From: Amoeboaphelidium protococcarum X5
Lineage: Eukaryota; Fungi; Aphelidiomycota
DNA length: 64,000 nt
Assembly: GCA_023515725.1 (NCBI GenBank)
Contig: JALDTO010000213.1
Span: forward strand, 248,001 to 312,000
Direction of reading: 5' to 3'
Shown: positions 38,374 to 50,320 of the stretch, in pieces
Numbering within the stretch: position 1 is the first letter of the stretch
Layout: every line of letters starts with the position of its first letter
The notes under the pieces: model-generated
What the model was told of the DNA's origin: nothing
Database searches by the model: none
Seen by the model: the letters and a program-made list of their open reading frames with translations, nothing else
Made by a program: the position numbers and the translations under genes

Positions 38374-39063
38374 TCATTTAATCTGACCAATAATCATCAG
38401 AAACAGCTGTCTTAATTCTGTACTTAAATCTTCAACAGTAATCAATTATAAATAAGCCTTTTCAGCAATCTCAAAGTCAGGATACTAATCATGAACTACC
38501 GAATTTCTGCCTGACGGATCCTTCACACAAATAGCACGCATCGCATACCATTGATCAGCACTAATGCCAGTATTACTCAACAAGTCACCAGGCTCAGATT
38601 ATTTTACTGCATTGTATAACGAGAAATTCTAAGGTGGACCTCTCTAACCGTACATCTTAGTTTTAAAGTAAACTTCAAGAATCGTCATCAGTGCAGTTTT
38701 AAACGCGAGCTCCTCAAGAGCATCCAGTCTCCAACCCACTTTGCTCAACTCATTTTCCACCTAGATCAGATTCTTTTGGACATCTTCATTTATTTTCTTC
38801 TAATCCTTTAGCTACTGCCGCATTTCTTACTGACCTTTACGATACTATTTAATGTTCTAGTAGAAGCCATCTTAGCCCATCTGCTAACATTAATCACGAT
38901 TTGATGGCATTTGATGAGTGCATTATGGAGAATCAAGCAATGACAAATTCAGAGCATTTTTTTCTTCCTATGGTTCACTAGGAGTCTCTTTTACCGGCTA
39001 TGGTTGGCATCCGTGTCCAAGATCTTTCTGGTCAAGCTAATTTATATTTGAATACGCGCTCAT
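38374..39063 (-). CDS. Hypothetical protein (~229 aa): coiled coil + helical domain with RNSVVH
   Basis: Open table-6 frame from ATG 39063 to TGA 38374. Absent from the ORF track. Confidence 0.6.
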
Positions 39064-39616
39064 TGATAATGTGAATTAATATTTGATAAAAAGTAGAAAT
39101 AATAATCCAATGGTTATCCAATCAGCCCTGCGAAACAACAACAGTCACACAAAGATTGGGGTAGCGTGAACAATACGGAACAAAAAAGTTAGTGTACTTG
39201 GCATGTATCATCAATCAATGCTTACTTAGAGAAAAATGAGTTACGCCTTATCTAAATCATTAAAAATTGTTCCAGATATGGCTATATTATAAAAGAAGAT
39301 TCCTGTGTATGGTTCTTAATGCATTATCTAATGGATGGCAGCAGGTTGATGATGCGCGCGTCCCAAATTATAAACTACACCGCGTGCTATATGGCGGCTT
39401 CATAACTAGAATCAATCATCATCACGTAAGTCTAACGAAAAAGATCAATTTGGATGAAAGTAGTAAAACGTTTCACTAATGATTTGTTCCTGCGTTTCTA
39501 CCATTGAGTGCCGCCCTCTGATCTAATCAGCTCTTTTCTTCTGACGCGTTTGGAGAATCACCAAAAACTAGTTTCTTGTACAATTTTGATTACAGCTGCT
39601 TAAAATTAAGTAAAAA

Positions 39617-42301
39617 ATGTACTCAATCCTCTTATTGCTCCTATTTATTCAAAGCTGGTCTCCGTGCAAGGCTGAATACATGGTGGGTGTTGGAATACAC
39701 GATGTCACGGGACCGATTGGCGGTGTGAACATGATGGGATATGCCATGGTTGATTAGATTAGCCAAGGTATTTTGACGAGATTACGCGCAAGAGCATTTA
39801 TCTTTGAGTCATGCAACGCCAATGCTACCTACTAGAGTTTACATTAAACTGCTAATCATCATTAGAGTAAATGTAATCGCGTTGTGTATGTGAGCGTTGA
39901 TTCTGCAATGATAAGCCAGAATGTTAAGGCTCATGTGATTTAAAAGTTGCATCAAAATGGATATGTGCAGTACAAGTAGTAGAATGTTCTGCTAAGTGCC
40001 ACACATACTCACTCGTCAGCTGCTGGATTTCATGAATACTTGCTGTATGATATCACCTCCATGGGCTATGTACGTGAAAGTGAGATGGCGCTGGTTGATG
40101 GCATCTATGGTGCAATTGTTCGTGCGCATCATAACATCAAAGCGTCCAGTATTTTGATCAATAAGGGTAGGCTGGATGGCGCGAATATTAACAGAAGTCC
40201 AACGGCATATCTTGCAAATAGAGCTGAGCTTCGTGCTCAGTATGCAAATGACGGTGACACTGATAAAATCATGACCACTCTGAATATTCAAGATTCTTAA
40301 TCACGCTCACCTAGAGGTGCCATAGCATTCTTTAGCGTTCATGGAACTAGTATGAATAACACCAATCGTTTGCTGAATGGCGATAATAAAGGATATGCAT
40401 CATGGCTCCTTGAGAAGGAGATGAATAATAACAATAACGCGTTAGATAAGTACATTCCTTATACTCACCCAGAAGTGCACAAATCAGTTAAATCTGGAGA
40501 TTATTTTGTTGCAGCGTTCGGTCAGGTACAAGAGGGAGATGTCAGTCCTAATATATATGGTGCCTTCTGTTTGGATACCGGTCTTCCATGTGATAAGCAC
40601 CATTCCACATGTCCAGATAAGAAAGGTCGACCTCGCAATAAGATGTGTCATGCGCGTGGTCCTGGATTTAATACATCTGATGGTGATGTGGAGAGTACAA
40701 GGATTATTGGATTGCGATAGTATTTGAAGGCGCGAGACTTATTGAAGGATGCTAGTAATTCAGCTTAAGAGGTTACTGGTTCTGTTGATTATGCTCATGC
40801 TTGGGTAGATATGTCTAAAGTCAATGTTAATCTCTCCTTGCTAAATCACACCACCCATCGCGAAGGTATTGTGTCGACATGTAAGCCAGCCAGAGGATAC
40901 AGTTTTGCTAGTGGTACTAGTGATGGCCCGGGCGAATTTGACTTCATCCAAGGTGATAATTCTACTGGTACTCCATTCTGGAATTTTATCAAGTAGTTTA
41001 TATCAAAGCCGTCTGAGGAGTAGATCAAGTGTCATTACCCAAAGCCTATTTTGTTAAATACTGGTGAAATCAAGAAGCCATACTTGTGGGAGCCATAGAT
41101 TGTCGATATTTAGATACTGAAGATTGGCAACTTGGTCCTTCTTGGTGTACCAGGTGAATTTACAACCATGGCTGGTAGATTGCTTCGTTCTGCTGTCAAG
41201 GATATTTTTGTACGCAATGGTATAATCCCAGAAAGTGAAATATCTGTTATTGTAGCTGGTCTTAGTAATTCATATAGTGGGTATATTACCACCTTTGAAG
41301 AGTATCAAGTGCAGAGATATGAAGGCGCGTCTACGATATATGGTCCTCACGCTTTGGATGCTTATATTCAAGAATTTTCTAGACTTGCATATCAGATGGC
41401 TCAAAAGTATAACAGTAATGTTCAGATGCCTGTTTTCCCTGCTGTAACACATGATCCTTCAGTGCCACCAGCGGATTTCACAGACAAGCTGTTGACTTTC
41501 CTGCCTGCGGTCATTTTCGATGCCGTTCCACCTCTGAGTTCATTTGGATCCGTGTCTTAGGATGTGGAATCGCTGCAACCGTATCACATTGGGGATGTGG
41601 TGAACGCGACTTTTTATGCTGGCCATCCGCGTAATGTCGCTTAGAATTCTGAATGGTAGTTGGAGGGAAGTTTTGCTTCAGTGGAGAAATGGGTCGGTCC
41701 TTCGTTGGATCTAATAAGATTCGAAGTTGAAAAGTTTGGTTCAGTTTTGATATAACAGGTAATGGGACGTGATATTGTAATTTCTGTGCAGGTGGTAACT
41801 GACTCTGATTGTTACTACATGAAATATGATTTAAACTTGCATCTTAATAATAACAATTAGTAATAGTAATTGGTCATATAGGATGAGAACGATGAAATGG
41901 CGACTGAGAATTAAAAGTTTACAGTCTATGCGTACGTCAGTAATGGATAATTACAGCTCTCTGAATTTAAACCAACCGCTGATATAGTGTAAAATCTGAA
42001 ATAGTTATGGATACGCGTCAGAGATGATGATGACTGGGATCTGAAAATGAAGTGGTGGAAGCCGGTCGCTGGTGTCAGTGCAATATCTTATGCTCAGGTG
42101 ATTTGGAAGATTTCCGATCGTCCTGACCAAGACGTAGTTACTACTCGTTTGCTCACTGCTGACGATGATATGAGTGCATTTAATTCTCCAACGCCAAGTG
42201 CTGCAGGTACATACAGACTAAAGTATGAAGGTGCACACAAGAGTATCTTTGGCCAGATTAGGAAGCATTCTGGTGTTAGTTCATTCTTTGTAGTCTATTG
42301 A
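39617..42301 (+). CDS. Neutral/alkaline ceramidase (~894 aa)
   Basis: Signal peptide, DVTGP...MMGYA, SATHTHS, VHGTSMNNTNRLLNGDNKG, GDVSPN, GTSDGPG, VPGEFTTMAGR, QRYEGASTIYGP. Confidence 0.95.
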
Positions 42302-42647
42302 TTTGGTCTGTCTTCTTGTCTCCCTCTCCCTCTTTAGGTGAGTGTAAATGCTGTTATCGCGTCGACTGTCTTTGAAATGTTATGAAAGAATTATCAATTT
42401 TGTAATACATAAGTAATCAATTCTTTAATATTATAAAAACATATTTAGTAGTATACTTGAGTATATTCTTGTTCTCGAACAGAGTTGATATTGTATTCCG
42501 ATAATGTCGCGATTAGATAATGACCGCTCGTTCGTTCGTTTGTTCGTTTTAAGCTTTGTCCTTTCTCGTCTTCTTTCCGTGTCTAGTTGTTAGTGCGTTA
42601 AAACTGCACATCACTTTCCATATACAGTAGTAGAGACAACATCAAGT

Positions 42648-44063
42648 ATGGTGGCCTCCTCAGTCTTCATACTGGATCTGAAGGGGAAAGTGCTCATAAG
42701 CAGGAACTATCGGGGAGACATCCCAGTGTCTGCCATCGAAAAGTTTATGCCTCTCATCATTGAACATGAAGAATCTGGTGAGAACGGCAGTGGATATGCA
42801 CCACCCATAATGACTGATGAAGGAATCAACTATTTTCACATAAAGCATAATAACGTTTACAGTAAGCATATTGTAAATTATGATGATGGTCATGAGTGAT
42901 ATATGGATAAGTGTTTGTGTGTAGTTGTTGCGCTGAGTCGAATGAATTCTAATGCCACTACAATATTTGTATTTCTACACAAGTTGATTAGTGTATTTAC
43001 AGAGTATTTTAAAGAGCTGGAAGAGGAATCTATTAAGGACAACTTTGTGGTTATCTATGAGCTATTCGATGAGATTATGGACTATGGTTATCCGCAGACT
43101 ACCGAGACCAAGATATTGCAAGAGTACATTACGCAAGAGAGTTTCCAGATCATGGAGAGTACACAGGCACGTCCACCGTCCGCTCTTACTAGCTCCGTCT
43201 CATGGAGACCAGAAGGTATCAAGTATAGACGTAATGAAGTGTTCCTGGACGTGGTTGAGTCTATCAATATGCTGGCCAACAGCAATGGTAATGTGATCAA
43301 GAGCGAGATTGTCGGTGCTGTGAAGATGAGATGTTATCTGAGTGGTATGCCTGAACTACGTCTCGGATTGAACGATAAGGTGATGTTTGAGAATGCTGGA
43401 CGTGCACCTACCAAGGGTAAGGCTATAGAGATGGAAGATGTCAAGTTTCATCAGTGTGTCCGTCTGAGCCGCTTTGAGAATGATCGCACCATCAGCTTCA
43501 TTCCACCGGATGGAGAGTTTGAGTTGATGTCATACCGTCTGAATGCTCAGGTGAAGCCACTCATCTGGTGTGAGTCTGTGGTGGAACATTATGGTGGTCG
43601 TGTGGAGTACCTGGTCAAGGCCAAGGCTCAGTTTAAGAGAAGATCCACGGCGAACAATGTGGAGATTTATATTCCGGTGCCTGAAGATGCAGATACTCCC
43701 AAATTCAAGGCGACGATTGGTAATGTGAGTTACGTGCCAGAGAAGAGTAGTATCTTGTGGAAGATTAAGCAGTTCCCTGGTGGTAAAGACTTTGTGATGA
43801 GAGCGCACTTTGGACTGCCCACTGTGAAGTCTGATGATCCGGATAAGAGACCGCCGATATCTGTAAAGTTTGAGATTCCATACTTTACCACTAGCGGTAT
43901 TCAGGTGCGTTATTTGAAGATTATTGAGAGCAGCGGGTACCAAGCACTGCCTTGGGTGAGGTATATCACTCAGCATGGTGACTATCAGATGAGAATGCCT
44001 GATCCTGTCAAAGGCAACGGGCCTGGAAGTGCTGACCAGAATTTACTGTTGAAGAGGTTTTGA
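42648..44063 (+). CDS. APM1: AP-1 complex subunit mu (~450 aa); intron 42862-42924
   Basis: MVASSVFILDLKGKVLISRNYRGD...DVKFHQCVRL...ALPWVRYIT. Removing the 63-nt GTAAG...TAG intron gives NNVYIVALSR. Confidence 0.96.
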
Positions 44064-45019
44064 TCTTTGACCTTGCTTGATACTTGATATTAATAGTAAA
44101 GTTATAGTGAGCTTACTGTGTATAGATCTCTTTTTTGATTGACATTTTTCCATATTTTTTGAAAGTCAACTTTGAACATGAAACATGCATGTTCTTGTCA
44201 CAGTTTCGTTCATGTACAGTATATGCGAGTGAGGCTTTAACGAACGACAACTTGTCAGAACTTCAATGCGATTATTATGAGCTTACACGTCAGATCTTCC
44301 ACTTGCTGGTACTTACAAACTTTTTGTAATTCCATGAGCTTGTACTGTTAATTGACAATCTATCTAAAGCTACTCGTGCGAAAAAATGAAGGGACGTTAG
44401 TCAAAATCTATACCAATGTCCAAAGACGTGAAGGGTGCGTTCAAAAATTGTCTCGCGTTTACCGCTTGGATCAAAGTAACACCAGTCTAAGATATTAATA
44501 TAGACGAAGCATCACATTAGATCCTCGAAAAAAAAAATAGACGTTGACTATATAATTACTATGACCGTTAAAAAAACTTGGAACTTCAATGGAATAGTAA
44601 AATTGGTAATTGCAATACGTACACTTAAAATTGTTTACATCGCTTTAAGCGCAGTTAGGCAGAGCTTTGTACAGTACTGTAAATCAAGGTACAATGAAAC
44701 AAAAGAGGCGGATCACATTTCTCAACATGCAGAGTTCATCACCTGCAGACAGAGATAATCATCAAATCAAATAACGCTGAAGATTATTGTTTTCTAAATA
44801 TTCTATACTTATTAGTACTTCAATTCAAAAACATAGAACATATAAAATCATATATTCTTACATACACATGGAGCATGAAGTAAGGGGTATTCCTTAAGAA
44901 TTGAAGGAAGTTCACGCTAGACTGTTTTGATCGGTCGGCCCGGAGACTAGAATCAGTGATCCCATTTCTATTACAAATCTGGAGATTGAAATTTATAATA
45001 ATATCTTATCATACGAGAG

Positions 45020-47071
45020 ATGAAACTCCCAGCGATATTTATTATCATCATCATTCTGGTCTTGCTAATTGGCACAATGGCAATGCCTCCCAAGAGTAAG
45101 AAAAAGTCCTAGTCATCGAAGCGAAAGTAATATAAAAATCATTCAGATTAAAGTCCCACTATTGATGAAAATGAAGATTACTAGAATAAAGACGCGTTCA
45201 GATAGATGGTATCTGATAATCCTCTCCTCGCTACTTACAATCCAGATTATATTGATGATGAGGTGATGCAAAAACGCGTATTAGATGGATATCTTTATAC
45301 TCACGAGTATCTAATCTCCTCGCTGAATTATCTAAAGCCTCAGATTAAAGACCGCATCGAGTTCTACTAATCCTTTCTTACTAGATGGTTGATATTGTAG
45401 TAGTATGAGACCTCAGATACAGAGATGGAACTTGCGATGTAGCATGTAACGGCTGCCAATGTATTGTAGTAAAGTTTGAATACACCCTCCCTTCTGATGT
45501 ACATGTCCTTTTTCGACAATGCATTAGAAGCTCTTTTGGATCGCCGTCTCTCCAAAGCTCATATTTATAATGTGATGGTCAATCTCGTCAGTGCTTTGGG
45601 CTCGTCTTTATCTACGATGGAATCTGCACTGGACGCACTACGCGGTGTGATTGAGCGGTTGGTACGGAATATGGAGAGCATGCCCGCTTTCAAACGGTAA
45701 TATCTTTTGTTTAAATAATTGGAAGCTCTTAGGAAAATAAGTGTTATGTAATTAAGTGCCTTAGAGAAGTTGATCTAGATTCTACGGAAAATAAAGCTTT
45801 TTAACGTGGATAGTGTGCGTTAATCTATTAGGATGACTGTCGCAACGTTAAGGGGATAAGGCGACACGAATCCAGAATTCTCAAACGTAGTACTACTTTC
45901 AGGGGAGTCTCATATAAGCTTTCTATAGTTATATTAGATTCTATTTCCCATAGTGGCAGAGAATAGAAACTTTTTGAACTAGTTGGGTATGGTGTATGAA
46001 AAAGCACGGAAACTTTCGTTCAAAAAAACTTCCTATACGTAAATTTCTGAATATCTGGACTCTGAAGGTTTTTAGAGACTTATAGATAATATGCTGACCA
46101 AAAGTCCTGACTAGCATCTTACTGCTTTTGATCGGATGACTGCCCAGTTTTATGAGGAATCTGGCTACTCTGTCTAGATGCAACTGATGCTTGATATATC
46201 TGATAAGCGATTCACTACATAAGTCTCTATTGCATCTGTTGTTCTTTAAGGGCATAGTGTATTCTAAAAATTTTGTTTGTAGGCAATGCCCATGATTGAA
46301 TAGCTGGTGTAAAAGTATAGGCTGCGCGAGTCTGATATACCTCATGACTTTGCACCTTTACAACTAGGACAGTCTCCTCACTGCTCATTCGTATCTAATC
46401 ACCGTGAGTCAGTACTCTGCCAAAGTGAAGATGGCACGCTCAGTAATCGCATGAGCGAACTTGATCTATTGCATACTGCAGATTCAAGTGATGTTTAACT
46501 AGAAGGTTTGCCTGCAGAAAGCGACGTTGTTCTCGATCCTTAATACAAAGATGAAGTTGATTTTGATCTTGACACTGACAATAAGGATGATGAAATTTAG
46601 TCTTAGGATGATTTTCAAGTTAATTTGCCTGATGCTTCTTCTCAGTATTCACGTAATAGTGAGGAAGTTGTTCCATTTAGAAATAGCAGAAAAGAAATTT
46701 GCGCTGATAGGTAATACTATGACAGGTATCAATATGTTAGATCTGGCTAGTTGATTTCACTACAGCGGGTTGTTTTCTCTGCTGATTAGATATTCACGCT
46801 CTGCCAGATAACTGACGGCTCTACTAAAGGCGGTTACAATGTGAAGTACAAAGAGTTTCTGTAACTTTTGGCCGAGTTTGACGCTGATGTTACACCTTTG
46901 ACTGGAAGCATATCTCGCATCACAATTCCAATGAGAGGTACTCATCCTCTGTCTATTCACGGTCCTCATTCAGGGAATGTTGAGTTGGGTAGAGGCGTTA
47001 TAAAAGGTGCAAGACGTGTATTGGACTATTACTAAATTCTCCCAGAGAACTTCAAGCCAATAAATGAATGA
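45020..47071 (+). CDS. Putative secreted effector with C-terminal HicA-like domain, paralog A (~683 aa)
   Basis: MKLPAIFIIIILVLLIGTMA|MPPKSKKKSQSSKRK. C-terminus ...GGYNVKYKEFLQLLAEFDADVTPLTGSISRITIP...SIHGPHSGNVELGRGVIKGARRVLDYY. TGA 47069-47071. Confidence 0.8.
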
Positions 47072-47675
47072 TTGAAATAATGAACTTTGGCGTTAGAATA
47101 GATTAAGTAGAATGATTGCTCAAAGTGTTTACTTAATGTTAGAATGATTGCTTTTATTGACGAATCGATCATTTTAATTCAACGATCGCTTCTCCTTTAA
47201 CGCAAGTTTTAAGCATACCATGAAAACACGCTCAGAAAGATAACTGTAAATTATCAAAATGAGCGAGACGACTATATGGTAACGTGATCTTACTGAAAGT
47301 ATGAGAAGTATACCATTTTGATGCGCAAGATGTTGCAATGACAAAATGAGACACACAGAGTTCAATGCTCTTATTGATAATGTATTTAATGACATGCAAA
47401 ATTTATAATCTTGTAATTGTAGCACATGTAGCCGATGCGTAGATCTTTGATAATCTAAAGGATATACGGAACTGTAAAGTGACGATGCGAACCGTGTTTA
47501 TTTCAGGGGAAGCAGATGCGGGATTTTCGATCAACGGGGCTCGTGCTCGAGCGGAGTTTCAATCGGAACAGGGGCTGCGAGCACATGCTAGCTAAATTTA
47601 ACGTCAAGGTCACATTTTAATGATCATTGTATATTATAACAAAGACATAATAACTTCTGATATAATTGCTATAAT

Positions 47676-49748
47676 ATGCTGAGAATGTAACTTATCAGGA
47701 TATGCCTTTTTGTGATGCTCTTCATGTTATTATCCACGTTGGCAATGCCCCCAAAGAGTAAAAAGAAGGGCGCGTCATCTTAGCATAAGCAGTCTCGTCA
47801 TCATTCTCATGAAGGCACTGCAAAAAATGAATAGGAGGAAGATCTTAATATTGACGCGTTTAGATACATGGCATCTGATGATCCTCTCCTCGCCACTTAC
47901 AATCCCGACTATATTGATGATGCGGTGATGTAAAAGCTCGTATTAGATGGATATCTGTACACTCACGAATATCTAATCTCTTAGCTTAACTATATTAAGC
48001 CTTAGATCAAACATGCCAACGAATTTTACCATTCGATATTGGTCAGATGGATGACACTATAGTAAGATTTTTCTGATGCAGAATTTGTTTATGCAATGTA
48101 GCATGAAATGGCCGCCAATCTGCTGTAAGACTCTTTAAATCTACCCACTGTACTTCTATAGATGTCCTTTTTCGACAATGCATTATAAACTCTGCTTGAT
48201 GGTCGTTTATCAAAAGCCCATATTTACAACATTGTTGTTAATCTCATAAGTGTTTTGAGTACATCTTAATCTGAAGCTGAATCTGGGAATGGATTACTGC
48301 GTCGCATATAGGATACGTTGATTAAGTAGTATAGCAGTCTTTCTTCACAACAAAGATAAAAAGCAGAATCTAAGAGACTAAAAGCTTTTATTAAAGTTAT
48401 TGGAATATAGTATGAAGCGTCAGAGAAATTGATAGAGGTTATTCGCGGCATTTAGCTGTTCGATATTGATGATGTGCGTCGATCCATCAGAAAGACGATC
48501 TCAACTCTGAGAGGAGAAGGTTCATCCAATTCGGCATCATGCTAATTTTTCCTATTCCTGGGCGAACCTTATATCGGATATCTACAGCTGTATCAAGTCC
48601 TTTATCCTATAGTGTCATAGAATGATAAATTTGTGCAGTAGTTGCGTGGTGTGCATAGGAAATCGCGTTTGCTTTCGCTTCAACATACTTCCTAATCGTA
48701 GTTGTCAGCTTATATTGACAATCCTGATGTCGGGAAATTTCTTAATTAGCATAGAACTACAGACTCTGGTAAGCTCTTGGCCAATATAAATCGAATGACT
48801 GTAGATTTTATTGACTAAACTCGATAGGTTCACTATATGCAGAAGATGATTGAAGTGTCTCAGAGTCGATTCTCTTTGAATCCGGATCCTATTGCATCTG
48901 TCATCTTGTAAGGGCATCGTATATATAAAGAGTATAGTTAGATTGCGATGCCCATGATTGAATAGTCGGTTTAAGTAAATCGGCTGCGCGAGGCTGATAT
49001 TCCTCATGAGTTTGCTCCTGAATAGCGTCTATAGCTACACTGTCCCTCTGCCTCGGCTGATTAGCGTGAGTCTCCTCTACCTTGTTAAAGTGAAAGTGAT
49101 ATTTTGAGTAACCGCGTTAGTGAACTCGACATTTCTGAATCTACTGATCTTGGAGATGATTCAGAAGAAGCTGTTCCAGTGGCAAACGAAAGTAATGTTG
49201 TTATCGACCCTTAGTACAGGGATGAGGTTGATTTTGATATCAAGAGTGATTCTGAAGATGGAGAGGTTTAGCCTTCAAATGACTACCGGTTATCTTTACC
49301 GGCATCTTCTGGTGCTTCCCACAATTTAGACTCAAGTTAGGTAGCTGTGCCCTTATTATATGGTAGGAAGGAGATCTGCAGTGGATGGAAAAACTATGAC
49401 AAGTATTAGTTTCTTATGTCAGATCTACTGATTTCTCGCGAGTATGTAATATTTACGCCCGAGAAATTATTCACGCTATGCCAGATAACTGATGGCGCGA
49501 CTAAAGGCGGCTACAATGTGAAGTACAAAGATTTTCTGTCGCTTCTGGCTGAATTTGATGCTGATGTTACACATTTGACTGGAAGCATATCTCGCATCAC
49601 AATTCCGATGAAAGGTACTCATCCTCTGTCCATTCATGGTCCTCATTCAGGCAATGTAGAATTGGGAAGAGGAGTTATCAAAGGAGCTAGACGTGTATTG
49701 GACTATTATGAGATTCTACCGGAGAATTTTTTGCCTTTATACGGCTGA
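47676..49748 (+). CDS. Putative secreted effector with C-terminal HicA-like domain, paralog B (~690 aa)
   Basis: MLRMQLIRICLFVMLFMLLSTLA|MPPKSKKKG. Same C-terminal domain (track ORF 49416-49748). Confidence 0.8.
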
Positions 49749-50320
49749 TTCATGTTTTTTAAATAGATTGCAATGTCGTTGTAAGTTATCTTTTGCCAAT
49801 AGTAATGAGATCCTGCAAGCGTTAACTGAAAAGTCATCGAGGTACTCACACAATATAGATACTATTTGGAACTTTCTAATGTCGCACTCACTAAAACTTC
49901 GTAGCAGTTAGACCTTAAATCCTACACAGTTTATGATGCAATCAAAAATTCACCGCAACGTAATGCACTGAGCAGGTTGCCGTGGTAATGTTTTGATGCT
50001 GTTAGTAAATCTTAAGAGTATAAACTGGATGTTTCACGGGAATTAACGTCCGGCGAAGGATCAGTCTGAGTACTCTCAATAGAGCATTGTGATGGTAGTT
50101 GTAAAAACCGCCGCTCTGTATATGAGATCAGATTATGGTTAATGAACTATATCGTTTTATCAATAGAATAGAGCGGGTTTTGTATATTTTTGTCGGAGTT
50201 AAGATGGCGGAGATCTAAAATGTCAATGAGGAGGCATTTTGATCAGAGCACATAGCGGATCGATCCCCTAATTCAAGTTCTTTATTCAAAATACTCGACT
50301 TGCTCTATATCAAAGACATC

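Noticed and set aside
43088-43976. Minus-strand ORFs over AP-1 mu, and similar shadows over the lipase, ligase, PEX6 and effector genes
   Set aside because: No recognisable motifs, and they fully overlap well-supported genes.
44135-44900. Short ORFs upstream of effector A as a HicB-like antitoxin
   Set aside because: No HicB-like motifs and no convincing table-6 gene.
47500-47600. GC-rich segment with a short inverted repeat (gtgctcg/cgagcac) upstream of effector B as a tRNA or ncRNA
   Set aside because: I cannot see a cloverleaf or A/B boxes, and a 7-bp stem is not enough support.
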